64,000 nucleotides of DNA, from positions 13,319,979 to 13,383,978 of the forward strand of contig NC_057753.1 of NCBI RefSeq assembly GCF_004010195.1, given 5' to 3'. The notes under the pieces were generated by a model that saw only the letters and a program-made list of their open reading frames with translations, was not told the DNA's origin and made no database searches. The DNA comes from Chiloscyllium plagiosum. Taxonomy: Eukaryota. How positions within the stretch are numbered: the stretch's first letter is position 1; the number at the start of each line of letters is the position of its first letter. Both the position numbers and the translations under genes were made by a program. This document shows, piece by piece, positions 1 through 12,620 of this stretch.

Positions 1-210
1 TTCTGAAGCACTAATGTCCCAGCAAAGTGTTCACATTGCCAAGAGACCATTCAAGTGCTCTCATTGTGTGATTGAGTTTGGGAAATCCTCTTAACTCGTA
101 CACCAGCTTATTCACGCCCTGGAGAAACCTGTTCACTTGCTGTGAGTGTGGGAAGGTATTCAGTCAAATCTTTCACCTGCTGAGGCACCAGTGAGTTCAG
201 CAGCGACCTT
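1..210 (+). pseudogene. 3' end of a degenerate C2H2 zinc-finger array
   Basis: Reads ..LMSQQSVH..RPFKCSHC.. and ..TCCECGKVFSQIFHLLRHQ*V.., with in-frame stops and frameshifts. The family 3' UTR motif follows at about 220-260. Confidence 0.75.
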
Positions 211-494
211 GGGATTGGACTTTGCTGTTAATCACATCCAGGGCTGAACCATGTTGATTGATATCTTTTTCTGCTGATGTCAGTACATTCCACTTCAATT
301 TTTGCTGTCAGAATTCTGAATAAAAGTCACATTAATCAGCTTTTCATTAAACAGTTCTGAGGCTTTTCAATATCTATAACACCAGTACAGTTCACACTTG
401 AAAGAAATTTTTAAACGTCTGGGTCTCTTACAAAGGCTTCAGAGTAAATAAGACTTAGTGGATTTTGAGGGGATTTGTATCTCAGGTTGAGGTT

Positions 495-750
495 CTGGAT
501 GTAAATTTGCTTGCTGAGCTGGAAGGTTTGTTGTCAGACATTTTGTCACCATACTGGGTAACATTATCAGTGAGCCTCCGGTGAAGCACTAGTGGTATGG
601 CCTGTTTTTTTTTTGTGTGTTTAGGTTTCCTTAGGTCAAGAAAACCCAATGAAACCTGAACACACACAAAAAGCGGGCTGATGTTAGCTAGTATGGTGAC
701 GAAATGTCTGAAAACAAACCTTCCAGCTCAGTGAGCAAACTTACATCCAG
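495..750. mobile_element. Penelope-like palindromic (inverted pLTR) fragment
   Basis: 495-570 is an inverted repeat of 678-750 (ctggatgtaaatttgcttgctgagctggaaggtttgtt / aaaacaaaccttccagctcagtgagcaaacttacatccag). Confidence 0.6.
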
Positions 751-769
751 TAAATAAGATCTGTTGTTC

Positions 770-1150
770 ACACTGCAGAGAGACCGTTCACTTACTCCAC
801 ATGTAGGAAGGGGTTCACGTCATAATTCCAGTGCACTGAACATCAACATGTTCCCATTGATCAGCGACATTTGGTATGTTCTGACTGTGGAAAGAGCTTT
901 AAAAGTGAAAAATATCTGAATAAAAGAAATCTGGAATTAAAAATCAAATGTTGATTGCCTGAAAAACCAGGACAAAATAGCCTCTTAACTTGCTTGTAAA
1001 TTAGCAGTGGAACGATTGAGTGAATCTCTTCCCACACGTGAAGCGGGGAAATAGACTCAAGTTCATGTTAGGAAGCAGCTATTTACCTGCTTCATGTATG
1101 GGAAGAGAATCACTCAGTCATCCCATCACTGATTCATAAGCAACTTAAGA
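770..1150. pseudogene. Zinc-finger gene relics
   Basis: cacactgcagagagaccgttcacttac.. (HT.ERPFT) and tgttctgactgtggaaagagctttaaa (CSDCGKSFK) on +, plus a minus-strand finger fragment near 1015-1050. No open frame. Confidence 0.55.
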
Positions 1151-2095
1151 GGCTATTTTGTCTTGGTTGTTCAATCAACATTAGATTTTTAATTCCAGAT
1201 TTCTTTTATTTCAAAACCAAATTCTACCATTTATCCATAGTAGAATTTGAACCCTGGCTCCCAGGAATGTTACTAGGGTGTCTGGATTAATATCACTCAG
1301 CCCTCAACTCCTCCTTATTCTGGCTACAAAAAAAAAGTTTCAGATGGCAGCGTAAGTCTTCAACTACTGGAACGAGACTTGGAATGAATTATATTAACAA
1401 AGGAGGGATTTTGAGATAACAACCCCAACTTAGGAACTCAATTCCAAAGGAGTGTCAGATTGAACTGGAAACTTTATCTTTGTTTCTCTCTCCACAGACG
1501 CTACGAGACGTGCTGAGTTTCTCCACCAGATACCAATGCCAGGCAGCAAGCAAGCACAGGGGTGATGGGTGAGCAGAGCTTGGTGTGGGAAAGCTCATGA
1601 GCAGCAGAGTTTTGAAGATCTCATGCATCCAGGTGAGAGACTAGTCAGGAATGGTAAAATTGCAATGGTAAAATTTAACACTGGCTTGGATGAGGGTTTC
1701 ACTAGCCGTTGGGTTATGGTCAGGTGGCAATGGATAACATGGAGAGTAAAGTATCTGGGACTATATATTGTGTAAAGTCAGAAGCTCATCCTGGGGTTAA
1801 ATATGAGACTGAGATAATGAACCGTATGGTTCAGTGTCATAGTTCCAAAAGAGAGGGTCAGTTCAGGATCATAATTTTGTAATGACATTTTGTAATGGTG
1901 CCTTTGATCTCCCCAGTTTTTAATTAGAGGATATTTCTTCTCCGATACTGAATTTGGGTTAATCAGTCTGATCGTTTAGTGACAGTGAAGGAATGGATAT
2001 TTATGGTTGTGACAGTGGAGCTGCATACATGTGAAAACTAACGCAGTGTTTCCAGACACTGTCACCTGGTTGTAATCTGAAAAAGATAGATCTGG

Positions 2096-2395
2096 GATGG
2101 TTCAGTGGTTACCACTGCTGCTTCACATCGTCCGGGACGTGGGTTCAATTCCGTACTTGGACAGACCATCCGTGTGGAGTTTGTATGTCTCCGTGTTTAT
2201 GTGGGTTTTCACATCATCTAAACATCTGCGAGTTGTTTGGACTCACCGCAGTAAAAAATCACTCTGTGCGCAGCTCAGGTGGGTGAAGAACTCCATGTGA
2301 GGTGATGGAGATGGGATGGGTTGGGTTGGGATGGGATGCTGTTCGGGTCACTCAGTGGGCTGAATGGCTTCTTTCTGCTCTGTAAGAATTCTGTG
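2096..2395 (+). mobile_element. Degenerate HE1-like tRNA-derived V-SINE
   Basis: tRNA-like head (cagtggttaccactgctgcttcac..ggttcaattcc) and V-domain tgtggagtttg..gtgggtttt. Confidence 0.6.
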
Positions 2396-3039
2396 ACCCT
2401 CAGGGAACACCAAGTTCAAAGAGTTTGAGGAAAGGCAGGTGGAAGATCAAGTGATAATCTGTTCAGATGGAATGCTGAAGGTTTTTAAGGATGTTTGATG
2501 ATGTGGATTTTAAAGGTGAGGGGGACAGATGAGAGAATTATGAACAGTAACAGCTAATGTGGAGAAGTTGAGTGGTCAGCATTTTCGTGGGAATAGAGTT
2601 TGTGGACAACGCATTGAGTCCTGTGGACACGATGAGCTTTGTCAGGGAGAGCAGAGAGATGCTGGAGAAAGATGGGAACTGATGGTTAACCCAGAGAGGA
2701 ACTGTAGATGTAGTTTTACCCAGTGAGGTAGTGGAGGAGAGGGAAGCAGCGGAAACAGCCAATCAAATTGTCTCTGTCTCAGTCTCAGTGAGAAAGAAGC
2801 TCCATAATCTCCTATGCTTGGTGATGTTGGTGAGGATGGAGGAGACGGGAGAGGTACAGCAGTTCCAAATTAATTCATTCAAAATTAATGTGTGAGAGGT
2901 ATTAACAATTTCCCACACTGTTTCATTACAAAGCAGTTTATTTTTATCCAGAATATTAACAGCTAAAACTGAGTTGGAGTTGATTAACCAATGAACATGG
3001 TTCAGTTCTGGATGTGACGAACAGCAAAGTCCAACTCCT

Positions 3040-4151
3040 GTCGTTGCATTCAAACTCACTGGGGAGTCAGCAGATGGGGTTTTCGAATGAATCTGTTCCC
3101 ATACTTGGTGCAGGTGAACGAACTCTCCCCAGTGTGAATTCACTGTTGTTCTAAAAGGTAAGATGATCACTCGAACACAGTCCTGCAGTGAGAGCATCTG
3201 AAAGGTCTTTGAATTTGAATACATGTATTGATCACCAGATGGCGAGAACTCTTCTGCAACCTACTGCAGTCTGAGCTGTTAAAAGTTCGGTTCCCAGTGT
3301 GAACCTGTTGATGTGTCATCACTTCCTGAGAAGTTTTAAAGCTTGCCCGCAGAACGGACAATTAAAAGTTCTCTCCCCAGTGTGAGCTTGCTGGTGTATC
3401 ATGAGTTGGGGTAATCGAATGAATGTCTTCCCACATGTGGAGAAGGTGAATGGCCTCTCCCCAGTGTGAATTCACTGGTGGAGTGTGAGATAAGATGAAT
3501 GCCTGAACCCAGTCCCACAGAGACAGCACTTGAGTAGTCTCCTCCAGTGTGAAGCTGTTGAAGGGGCATCACTTCCTGCAAACGTTTAAGGCATTTCCTA
3601 CAAATTGAACAGTTAAAAAGGTCACTCCTCAGACTGAACTCGCGGGTGTCTTGTGACCGCACATATCTCTTCCCCTGCAGGCTGGAGGTGAACGGCCTCT
3701 ACCCAGTGTGAATGCACTGGTGGACAGTGACTTCAGATGATGTCTTGAACCCTTTCCAACAGTGACAACATCTGAATGGTCACTCCTCAATGTGAACACA
3801 TCACACGTTCACAGCAGTTCCCCGAAACATTTATATCACATTCCACAGTCTGTGCATTTGAAAGGTCTCTCCTCACTGCGAACTTACTGGTGGGTCGTGA
3901 GTTGGTATGACGGAATAAATCCTTTCCCACACTCTGAGCAAGTGAATGGCTTTTCCCCAATGAGACTGCGCTGATGGGTCTCCGGCTCAGGCAGGGATTT
4001 GAATCCTTCATCACAATCCCCACATTTCCATGGCTTTTACTCAGTGTGACTGCTTTTGTCTCGAGGGGCCAGATGATTGGCTGAAGCCTTGTCCCCACAC
4101 AGAATATGCATAGGGTTTCTCTTCACTGTGAACTGTGCCTGTTCCTTCCAT
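3040..4151 (-). pseudogene. C2H2 zinc-finger pseudogene
   Basis: ATG at 4151 gives MEGTGTVHSEEKPY.., then KPWKCGDC.. and many HTGERPF linkers, broken by frameshifts and stops. Confidence 0.85.
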
Positions 4152-4849
4152 GTTCAAAATGCAGTTACATTCTGCTTGTAATAATCTGGAAGCTGCCATC
4201 AGATTCTGAGATGATGCTGGATATGTGATCCTTGATTGTAATTCCTCTTTCTATGTTATCTTCTGAAACCATTTTAAAACAAAAAAAAGTGAGAGAACAT
4301 TCAAAAACACAAGGCTGTGACATTGAGATGAATTGATGTGATACTCTGTTGGGCCAGCACTGAGAGAAATTCATCATGAAACCTGCCAGGATGTTGGAAA
4401 ACCTCAACTGGTTCACTAATGTCCATCAGGAAGGGAATCTGCCATCCTAGTCTGAACATGGACAGGATTATGGCCTCATGGGATAAAACAAAAATAAAAG
4501 TGAGAAATGCAAAAATGAAGGATAGTGATAGTATATACTTACAGTTTAACCAGAACCTCGATAGAATTTCCCAAATTCTCAACCTTCACCATCTAGAAGA
4601 ACAGGAGAGGAGATGCATGTGGACACCATCACTTCTAAGTCCCTTTCAAATCTCACTTTGTCTTGACTGGTCTGACATCCAGAGCTGGATGAGGAGAAAC
4701 ATCTTCCACTGAAACGCTGGAAAGATGGAAGTATCCACTTCAGTCTCTGTTACAAACTCCACTCCTTAGTCCCAGTGTCAACCTTCTTTCTGACAACTGT
4801 CGAATACTCAAACAGATTGGTCAGACAACAGTGCCATGCCCAAACAAAA

Positions 4850-5260
4850 CTAAATGTGAAGGCTTGATTTTCAGACTGGAAGCCTGTGACCAGTGATGTG
4901 CCACGAGGGTCGTTGCTGGGTCCACTGTTTTTTGTCATTATGAAAATAATTTGGATGTGATATAGATGGTTATTAAGTTTGCAGATGACACCAAAATTGG
5001 AGGAGTAGTGGACAGTGAAGAAGGTTACCTCAGAATATAATGGGATCTTGATCACTTGAGCCAATGGACCAAGTGGTGGAAAGTGGAGTTTAATTTAAAT
5101 GAGTATGAAGTGCTGCATTTTGGAAAGGCAAATCAGGGCAGGACTTTACCACTAAGTTAAGTCCTTGGTTTGAACAAAGAGACCTTGGAGTGCAGGCTCA
5201 TAATTCCTTGAAAGTGGAATCACAATTAGACAGGACAGTGAAGCTTGTTTTTATTAGTCA
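4850..5260 (+). mobile_element. CR1/HER1 LINE ORF2 (RT) fragment
   Basis: VPRGSLLGPLFF and KFADDTK motifs. Confidence 0.85.
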
Positions 5261-5274
5261 GTGTGGAGAGATGG

Positions 5275-5440
5275 AGTTCTGCAGATACTGGAGATCAGAA
5301 TCAACAAGTGTGGCACTGGAAAAGCACAGCAGATCAGGCAACATCCTAGGAGAGTTGACATTTCAGGCATATAGCCTTCACCAGGAATATGAGCCCACAA
5401 TGACTTTCCTGCTCCTTGGATGCTGCTTGACCTGCTGTGC
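5275..5440. mobile_element. Penelope-like short palindromic element
   Basis: ctggaaaagcacagcagatcaggcaacatcc ... ggatgctgcttgacctgctgtgc. Same family as the copies at 23.3, 42.5, 52.7 and 58.6 kb. Confidence 0.6.
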
Positions 5441-5849
5441 TGAAGCAAGTACAAGCTTTTTGGAGAATCACTTAAACACTCTTCGCGATGCTTGCAGAGC
5501 CATGTCAAGTGATAGCTCTCCAAATAAGGGAGTAGTCCTCCCTTTATACAGGGTTTTACATCAGTCAGTCATGCATGCAAGATATACTCTATGCCACTCC
5601 CCCATAGTCACATGCCCAGCAACAATTATAGTACTTGCCACCCAAAAACAATGGAAAGTGATTAGATTATTTCTCAAAACAATGTGAGATAAGATTATTT
5701 TTCAACTGCCGTTTGATAGTTTAGCATTTACAGAGGACAGAGTATGATTAGATTTTCACAACTTGCCTGCAAGACAGAAAACAAAATCCCCGGGCATAGT
5801 TTATCATCTAATTTCTGACATGTTAGCAGAACATGTGATGACGAGGTAG

Positions 5850-6045
5850 GCAAGCAGGAGGCTTGAACAACACAGAAAGCCAGGCTCCATCCGCTGGAGA
5901 AGTCAACGTTTTGGGTGTAACCCTATACCCACAGAACCTATATCCTGCACCTGAAATGTTGACTTCTCCACCTCCTGATACTGCCTGGCTTGCTGTGTTC
6001 TTCCAGCCTCCTGCTTGTCTACCCTGGATTCCAGCATCTGCAGTT
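5850..6045. mobile_element. Penelope-like short palindromic element
   Basis: Inverted arms gcaggaggcttgaacaacacag / ctgtgttcttccagcctcctgc. A related copy lies at 23910-24070. Confidence 0.55.
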
Positions 6046-6189
6046 TCTTTTGGCAAGCCTGCTGTGGAGGGTTGGCGCATAGGGACATGGGAGAAGGTAC
6101 TGGTATTTTTTTGAGTGCAGCAGACTGCAGAGTCTCCCGAGTAGAAAATCAAATGGTCGTCTTCCAGCTCGCATTGAGCTTTCACTGGA

Positions 6190-6705
6190 GCCGAGCCCCG
6201 CCCCTCATTCACTGTGATGCGGCTGGAGGACCAACCGCAGCATCTCGGTCCTCCAGTCCCGCCTCTGTTTCCTATTGGTCCGGAGCTGCCGACAATCGGT
6301 CGGGACCCATTGTGTGACGCTAGGCATGCGCAGTGCCGGTCCCGCGGTCGCACGGAGACGGCCGCATTGTTCCGTTACCTGGTAAGGGACCCCGTCGGAG
6401 GATGCGGGGGGGTACGGCCGAGCCGGTGGGTGGGTTGTCTGGATTAGAATAGAATGTGCTGTATTTGTCACCAAAGATGTGGATTCAGAAACACATCGAG
6501 ACGAGAAGACTGCGAATGCCGAATGGAGACTACCTTTCGGGCGTTTAAACTGGCGTCAGCTTCTCAGGGTGTTGCTCTCCACAAGAACCGAGTTAACAGC
6601 CGCCATCTTCGCGGGCGCTGGGCCACAGCATGGCGCATGCGCACCGCTGGAAGGCCTACGCCCTTTGTTCACTCCCATTGGTTGGAGGAACAGCCCCGCC
6701 CCTTA
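6190..6705. promoter_or_regulatory. CpG-rich zinc-finger gene promoter with two convergent modules
   Basis: GC box at 6195, CCAAT (attgg) at 6274 and NRF1-like GCATGCGCAG at 6324. YY1 CGCCATCTT at 6601, NRF1 GCGCATGCGC at 6633, CCAAT at 6677 and GC box at 6693. Candidate donors on both strands around 6378-6382. Confidence 0.7.
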
Positions 6706-6716
6706 TCCACTGGTAG

Positions 6717-7370
6717 TGTCATAGAGATGGGCAGCTTGGAAACAGACCCTTCGGTCCAACCTGTCCATGCTGACCCAGATATCTCAACCCAATCTAGTCC
6801 CACCTGCCAGCACCCGGCCCATATCCCTCCAAACCCTTCCTATTCATATACCCATCCAAATGTCTCTTAAATGTTGCAATTGTACCAGCCTCCACCACTT
6901 CCTCTGGCAGCTCATTCCATACACGGACCACCCTCTGCGTGAAAACGTTGCCCCATAGGTCTCTTTTATATTTTTCCCCTCTCACCCTAAACCTATGCCC
7001 TCGAATTCTGGACTCCCTGACCCCAGGGAAAAGACTTGTCAATTTATGCTATCCATGCCCCTCATAATTTTGTAAACCTCTAAAAGGTCACCCATCAGCC
7101 TCTGACGCGCCAGAGAAAACAGCCCCAGCCTGTTCAGCCTTTCCCTGTAGCTCAGATCCACCAACCCTGGCAACATCCTTGTAAATCTTTTCTGAACCCT
7201 TTCAAGTTTCACAACTTCTTTCCGATAGGAAGGAGACCCGAATTGCATGCAATATTCCAACAGTGGCCTAACCAATGTCCTTTACAGCCGCAACATGACC
7301 TCCCAACTCCTGTACTCAATACTCTGACCAATAAAGGAAAGCATACCAACTGCCTTCACTATCCTATCTA
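6717..7370 (-). mobile_element. CR1/HER1 LINE 3' end
   Basis: VRPLLEYCMQFGSP, LERVQKRFTRMLPG and FTQRVVRVWNELP, then a (tctatgac)-type tail. Confidence 0.92.
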
Positions 7371-7514
7371 CCAACTGCTCATTTTGTCCCATATGACTGG
7401 CTTTAACTTGTTTCATACCACCCAGATTTAACTGACTATACTGAATTAACTGAGAATGGGTTTCACATGGCAAAATGAAAGGGGGTAGTAATGAAAATGA
7501 AAACGTGGATGGAT

Positions 7515-7812
7515 GTTAGATTTAGATTAGTTACAGTGTGGAAACAGGCCCTTTGGCCCAACAAGTCCACACTGACCCTCCGAAGAGCAACCCACCCAGA
7601 CCCATTCCCCTACGTTTACCCCTTCACCTAACACTACGGGCAATTTAGCAGGGCACATTTTTGGACCGTGGGAGGAAACCGGAGCACCCGGACGAAACCC
7701 ACGCAGACACAGGGAGAATGCTGCAAACTCCACACAGACGGTCGCCTGAGGCGGGAATTGAACCCGGGTCTCTGGCGCTGTGAGGCAGCAGTGCTGGCCA
7801 CCGTGCCGCCCG
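7515..7812 (-). mobile_element. HE1-like V-SINE
   Basis: tRNA-derived head, V-domain, CR1-like tail and (tctaa)n. Confidence 0.9.
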
Positions 7813-8367
7813 TATGGTGAATACAAACTAAAGACAATCCAGTTGTGATGGCGTTCACCTCGATCACACTTTCAGAAGCTCCCAGGCCTGCTGGGTATTT
7901 CCAGCATCTTCTGTTTTATATCAGATTTGCAGCATTTTACTTCTGCACATATCCTTAGGACTGAAGGGATCAAAGGGTCTGGGATGAAAACAAGAACAAT
8001 TGCCTCCCTGTATCTCCCAGCTGTGCCTCTCTTCATGTACTTTTATGCAAACACTGACTGGCTTCAATGTTGGGTTTTAATGATAATCCAAGAGTTCACA
8101 TGGTAATGTTTCTCCCTAAGTATCAATTCATTAATTTCTCTCAATTTCACAGCCTGTGGTCTCTCTCACTAATTTTTGTTTTCTGTTTGAAAGGATGATT
8201 TGCAATTAACGGATTCACACAAGACCATATCCAGGTCTGACTGGCATTCTGTTTATCGGAACTGATTTATCAAAGGATCTTGAACATGGAAGGGAAAAGC
8301 AGCGTTCAACACTGGGGGGATACACACCTACTGTGTGTGTAAAAGAATCTGCCAACGTTTATCTGAA

Positions 8368-9069
8368 ATGTCCAAACACCAGTGCAGTCACACAGGAGAG
8401 AGACTGTGGGAATGCGGGGGTTGTGGGAAGGGATTTCTTTACCCATCCCAGCTGGAAACTCATCAGCGCAGTCACACTGGGGACAGGCCATTCACCTGCT
8501 CTGATTGTGGGAAGAGGTTCGCACAGTCTTCCGACCTTCTGACGCACCAGCGAGTTCACACTGGAGAGAGACCCTTCACTTGCTCCATCTGTGGGAAAGG
8601 ATTCACTCAGTCATCCAACCTGCTCACACACCAGCGAGTTCACACCGGAGAGAGACCATTCACTTGCTCTCTATGTGGTAAGGGATTCACTTCGTCATCC
8701 ACTCTCCGGATGCATCAGCAAGTTCACACCGGGGAGAAACTGTTCAGCTGTTCACTGTGTGGAAAGAGATTCACTCAGTCATCCTCCCTGCGGAGACATC
8801 AGCGAGTTCACACCGGTGAGAAACCATTCACTTGCTCCATGTGTGGGACAGTATTCACTCTCACAACTGACTTGCTGAGACACCAGCGAGTTCACACCGG
8901 AGAGAAACCATTCACCTGCTCTGTGTGTGGCAAGGGATTCAGTCAGGCATCCAACCTGGTAACACACCAGCGCGTTCACACTGGAGAGAGACCATTCACT
9001 TGCTCTGATTGTGGGAAAGCATTCACTCAGTCATCCAACCTGCTGAGACACCAGCGAATTCACAAATAA
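8368..9069 (+). CDS. C2H2 zinc-finger protein, 8 fingers, no KRAB seen
   Basis: Eight CxxC..HxxxH fingers with TGE[RK]PF linkers. First in-frame ATG is 8368; the family-type ATG (MEGKS..) at 8286 is one base out of frame. Confidence 0.85.
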   Translation: MSKHQCSHTGERLWECGGCGKGFLYPSQLETHQRSHTGDRPFTCSDCGKRFAQSSDLLTHQRVHTGERPFTCSICGKGFTQSSNLLTHQRVHTGERPFTCSLCGKGFTSSSTLRMHQQVHTGEKLFSCSLCGKRFTQSSSLRRHQRVHTGEKPFTCSMCGTVFTLTTDLLRHQRVHTGEKPFTCSVCGKGFSQASNLVTHQRVHTGERPFTCSDCGKAFTQSSNLLRHQRIHK

Positions 9070-9961
9070 CCACAAGTTGAAGGTTTACTTTTCTCTTATT
9101 CACACCAAGGACTGAACATTGGTCTTTGGCAGTTAAAACATTAATAAAATTGTATATCTGGAGGACTTGGTTTTGTAAACGATCACATCATCATTGTAAA
9201 TGCACACACTCACACTGCGTTGAGATTTTACATCAGATCTGAAATAACAAATGAACCTGTTGAAGAAATTCAGCAGGTCTGGAAGCCTCTGTGTAACATA
9301 TTCTGAAAACGAATCATTGGAATTGAAACATTAGCTGTTTCTCCACGGTGCTGCCAGACCTGCTGAGTTTGTCCAGTACTTTGTTTTTAGAAACACCTCG
9401 CAAGACCCTTGCTTGTTGATGCCATAAAAAGTGAGGGTCAATCGAATCCTCCTGTACTCAATGGGGATTGACTTTAGCAAAGAGTTAAAACCCTTGGGAT
9501 TTCTGTGTTACAACAAGAACGTGTTTAATACAGATTTACGACAAAAGAAAAACAATCAATCAAATACTGGGAAACTGAAAAGAACAAACATGGCGGTTAG
9601 GTCCCATGGGATTAGAAAGTGATAAATTAATGGAGACAGTTTCAGGTGAGACTCCCTCTGAATGAACACTTCCCAGCACTAACTGTAACCTCTATTGCAC
9701 AGCCTCCTTTTCAATCAATTTGTGTTATATATGTGATTATTTAAAAGTGTAAGTTAATATCTGTCAATCTCCCAATGGTCATATTCTTGGTGACATATAA
9801 TTTCTAGGTCAACTTGGATTGCCAAACTTGGTTTTATCTTTTCCAGTGTGCAGAAAACTTAAATCTACAGGTTCACTTCCAAACAGGAACAGATCACAGT
9901 TTTACACTAATCTTTGATCTGAAGCACATTTCCAGCATCTCTCTCATTTACAACTGGGCTT

Positions 9962-11050
9962 ATAACATAGAACATTACAGCGCAGTACAGAACCTTTCGC
10001 CTTTGATGGTTCCACAGGTGGGTGCAACAATCTGAAGCCGATCTATCTTACGCTATTCCACTTTCATCCACATGTTTATTCAATGACCATTTAAATGCCC
10101 TTAAAGTTGGCGTGTCTACTACTGTTGCAGGCAGTGCGTTCCACACCCCTACTGCTGTCTGAGTAAAGAAACTACCTCTGACATCTGTCCTATATCTATC
10201 ACCTGTCAATTTAAAGCTATGCCCCCTCGCGCTAGTCATCACCATCTGAGGGATAAAAGCTCTCACTGTGCACCCTATTTAACCCTCTGATTATCTTATA
10301 TGTCTCAATTAAATCACCTCTCAACCTTCTTCTCTCTAACGAAAACAGCCTCAAGTCCCTCAGCCTTTCCTTATAAGATCTTTCCTCCATATCAGGCAAC
10401 ATCCTTTGGGTGGCACGGTGGCGTAGTGGTTAGCACTGCTGCCTCACAGCGCCAGAGACCCGGGTTCAATTCCCACCTCAGGCAATGGTGTGTGGAGTTT
10501 GCACATTCTCCCTGTGTCTGTGTGGGTTTCCTCCCACAATCCAAAAATGTGCAGGTTAGGTGAATTGGCTATGCTTAATTGCCCGTAGTGTTAGGTGAAG
10601 GGGTAAATGTCGAGGAATGGGTCTGGGTGGGTTGCTCTTCGGAGGGTTGGTATGGACTTGTTGGGCCGAAAGGCCTGTTTCCACACTGTAAGTAATCTAA
10701 TCTAATCTAATAAAAGCTAACACACTGTATGCCTTCTTAACAGGGATCTATGCACATGGACACAGAGACCTCTCTGTTCATCTCCACAACCAAGAACCTT
10801 ACCATTAACCCAGCACTCTGCATTCCTGTAACTCCTTCCAAAGTGAATCACTTCACACTTTTCCGCATTAAACTCTATTTGCCACCTCTCAACCCAGCTC
10901 TGTCCCTCTGTAACCTGAAACATCCTTCAGCACTATCCACAACTCCACGGATTTTAGTGTCTTCTGAAAATTTACTAACCCATCCTTCTACACTCTCATT
11001 CAGGCCATTTAGAAAAATGACAAACAGCAGTGACCCCAAAACAGATCCTT
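9962..11050 (-). mobile_element. CR1/HER1 LINE fragment split by a SINE
   Basis: FFTQTAVGVWNALP and WQIEFNAEKCEVIHFGR, with a (catagaa)n tail at 9962. Confidence 0.85.
10409..10711 (+). mobile_element. HE1-like V-SINE nested in CR1
   Basis: ggtggcacggtggcgtagtggttagcactgctgcctcac ... aatctaatctaa. Confidence 0.9.
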
Positions 11051-11449
11051 GCAGTTTAGAGAGTTACTGCTGTGTGTCCTGGAGGACTGAGCTATGGAAG
11101 ACAGACAGTGGCTGGGATACATTTCTCACACACCACAGGACTAACTCACACCAGCGCTTTGCTGTCAATGAAAAGAAACAATAAATATTGAAGCACCATT
11201 TGTCCCCCACAGCATGATCCTGAAGGATGTGTCCAGGCTGAAGTTCTGTTGTTACCATACGATCCTCCCGCAGATTGTCTTTTCTGAGCTCCAGGTGATG
11301 TTAAACACTGAGGGGAGAAATACAATAACCGACAATGACGTTTTTGAACCAAAGCTACTTTATTTGATATTTCTCCAGAATATTCTAGTCCAATATAAGG
11401 GGCTATTAACATCATCAGAAACAAACACCAAAAGGTTAGAATATAAACA

Positions 11450-12620
11450 TACAAAAGGTACAGCACAGATCGAGGCCATTTGGCCCATCATGTTTGTGTG
11501 GCTGAAAGACAACTATCCAGGCTGATCCCATTCTGCAGATCATAGTCCACAGCCCTGTACATTTTACATTTCATGCATATCCATGTGTGTGTTTTTTTAA
11601 AGTATGTTGAGGGTTACTGCCTCTACCACCCCATCACACAGTGAGTTATAGAGTCGTAGAGATGTACAGAGTTCCAACTTGCCACCATCTCTGGGTGAAA
11701 TGATTTCTCCCCTCCCCCTCTTCCTGTGAATTACTTTAAATCTAAAGCCTCCAGGTACTGACCTCCTTGTTAATGAATAGCTCAATCCTTTCTACTCTAT
11801 ATGGAATCCTCATAATCTTATCGCTTCAATTAAATATCACTTCGGTCTCATTTTCCACAGAAAATAACCCCAGCCTGTCAAATCTTTCCTCTGACCTAAA
11901 ATTCTTCAACCCTGGAAAAATCCTCATCAATCTCCACTGCCTGTGTCTGGTGTGATGACATCTATCCTGGAATATGGGGACCAGAACTAAGTGCAATGCT
12001 TTAGCTGTGGTCAAATGAGTGTTATCGTCCATCACAAGCATTGTGTCCCTGGCATCACAGAGAGATGAAGAAGGTATTTGGCATGCTTAGCTTCACTGGT
12101 CAGAGAACCGAGTACACGAGTTGGCATGCCACAGTACAGCTATAGAAGACATTGGTGAGGCCAAATTTGGAGTACTGCATACAATTCTGGTCACCCTGGC
12201 ATGGAAAGGATGTTATTAACCTGCAAAGGGTGCAAAAGCGATTTGCTCGGATGTTAGCTAGGTTGGAAGGTTTGAATTATAAGAAGAGGTTAGATCACAT
12301 GGACATATTTCGTTGAAGTATAAGAAGCTGAGGGGATGACATTACAGAGGTTTATAAAATCATGTGGGACAGAGATCAGGTGAATAGCGAAGGTCTTTTT
12401 CCCCAGTGTAGAGGAGTTCAGAACTAGAGGCTAAGAGTTGAGAGGAGAAAGATGGAACATTGTCCGGAGGGGCAACCTTTCACACAGAGGGTGGTGAGTG
12501 TATGGAATGAGCTGCCAGAGGTAGTGGTAGAGGTGGGCAGAAATACATCATTTAAAATATATCTGGACAAGTACATGGATGGGAAAGTTATAGGCAAATG
12601 GGACCAGTCCAGTTTAGTAA
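11450..12620. mobile_element. Two degenerate CR1 fragments: minus about 11450-12040, plus about 12060-12620
   Basis: RIFPGLKN..LGLFS on minus. LVRPNLEYCIQFWSP and FTQRVVSVWNELP on plus. Confidence 0.75.

Noticed and set aside
5440-5825. Possible additional solo LTR (also 12645-13140)
   Set aside because: No TSD or clear termini could be established.
10409-10480. tRNA-like sequences with A and B boxes, many copies
   Set aside because: They are SINE heads that continue into the V-domain and CR1-like tail, not tRNA genes.
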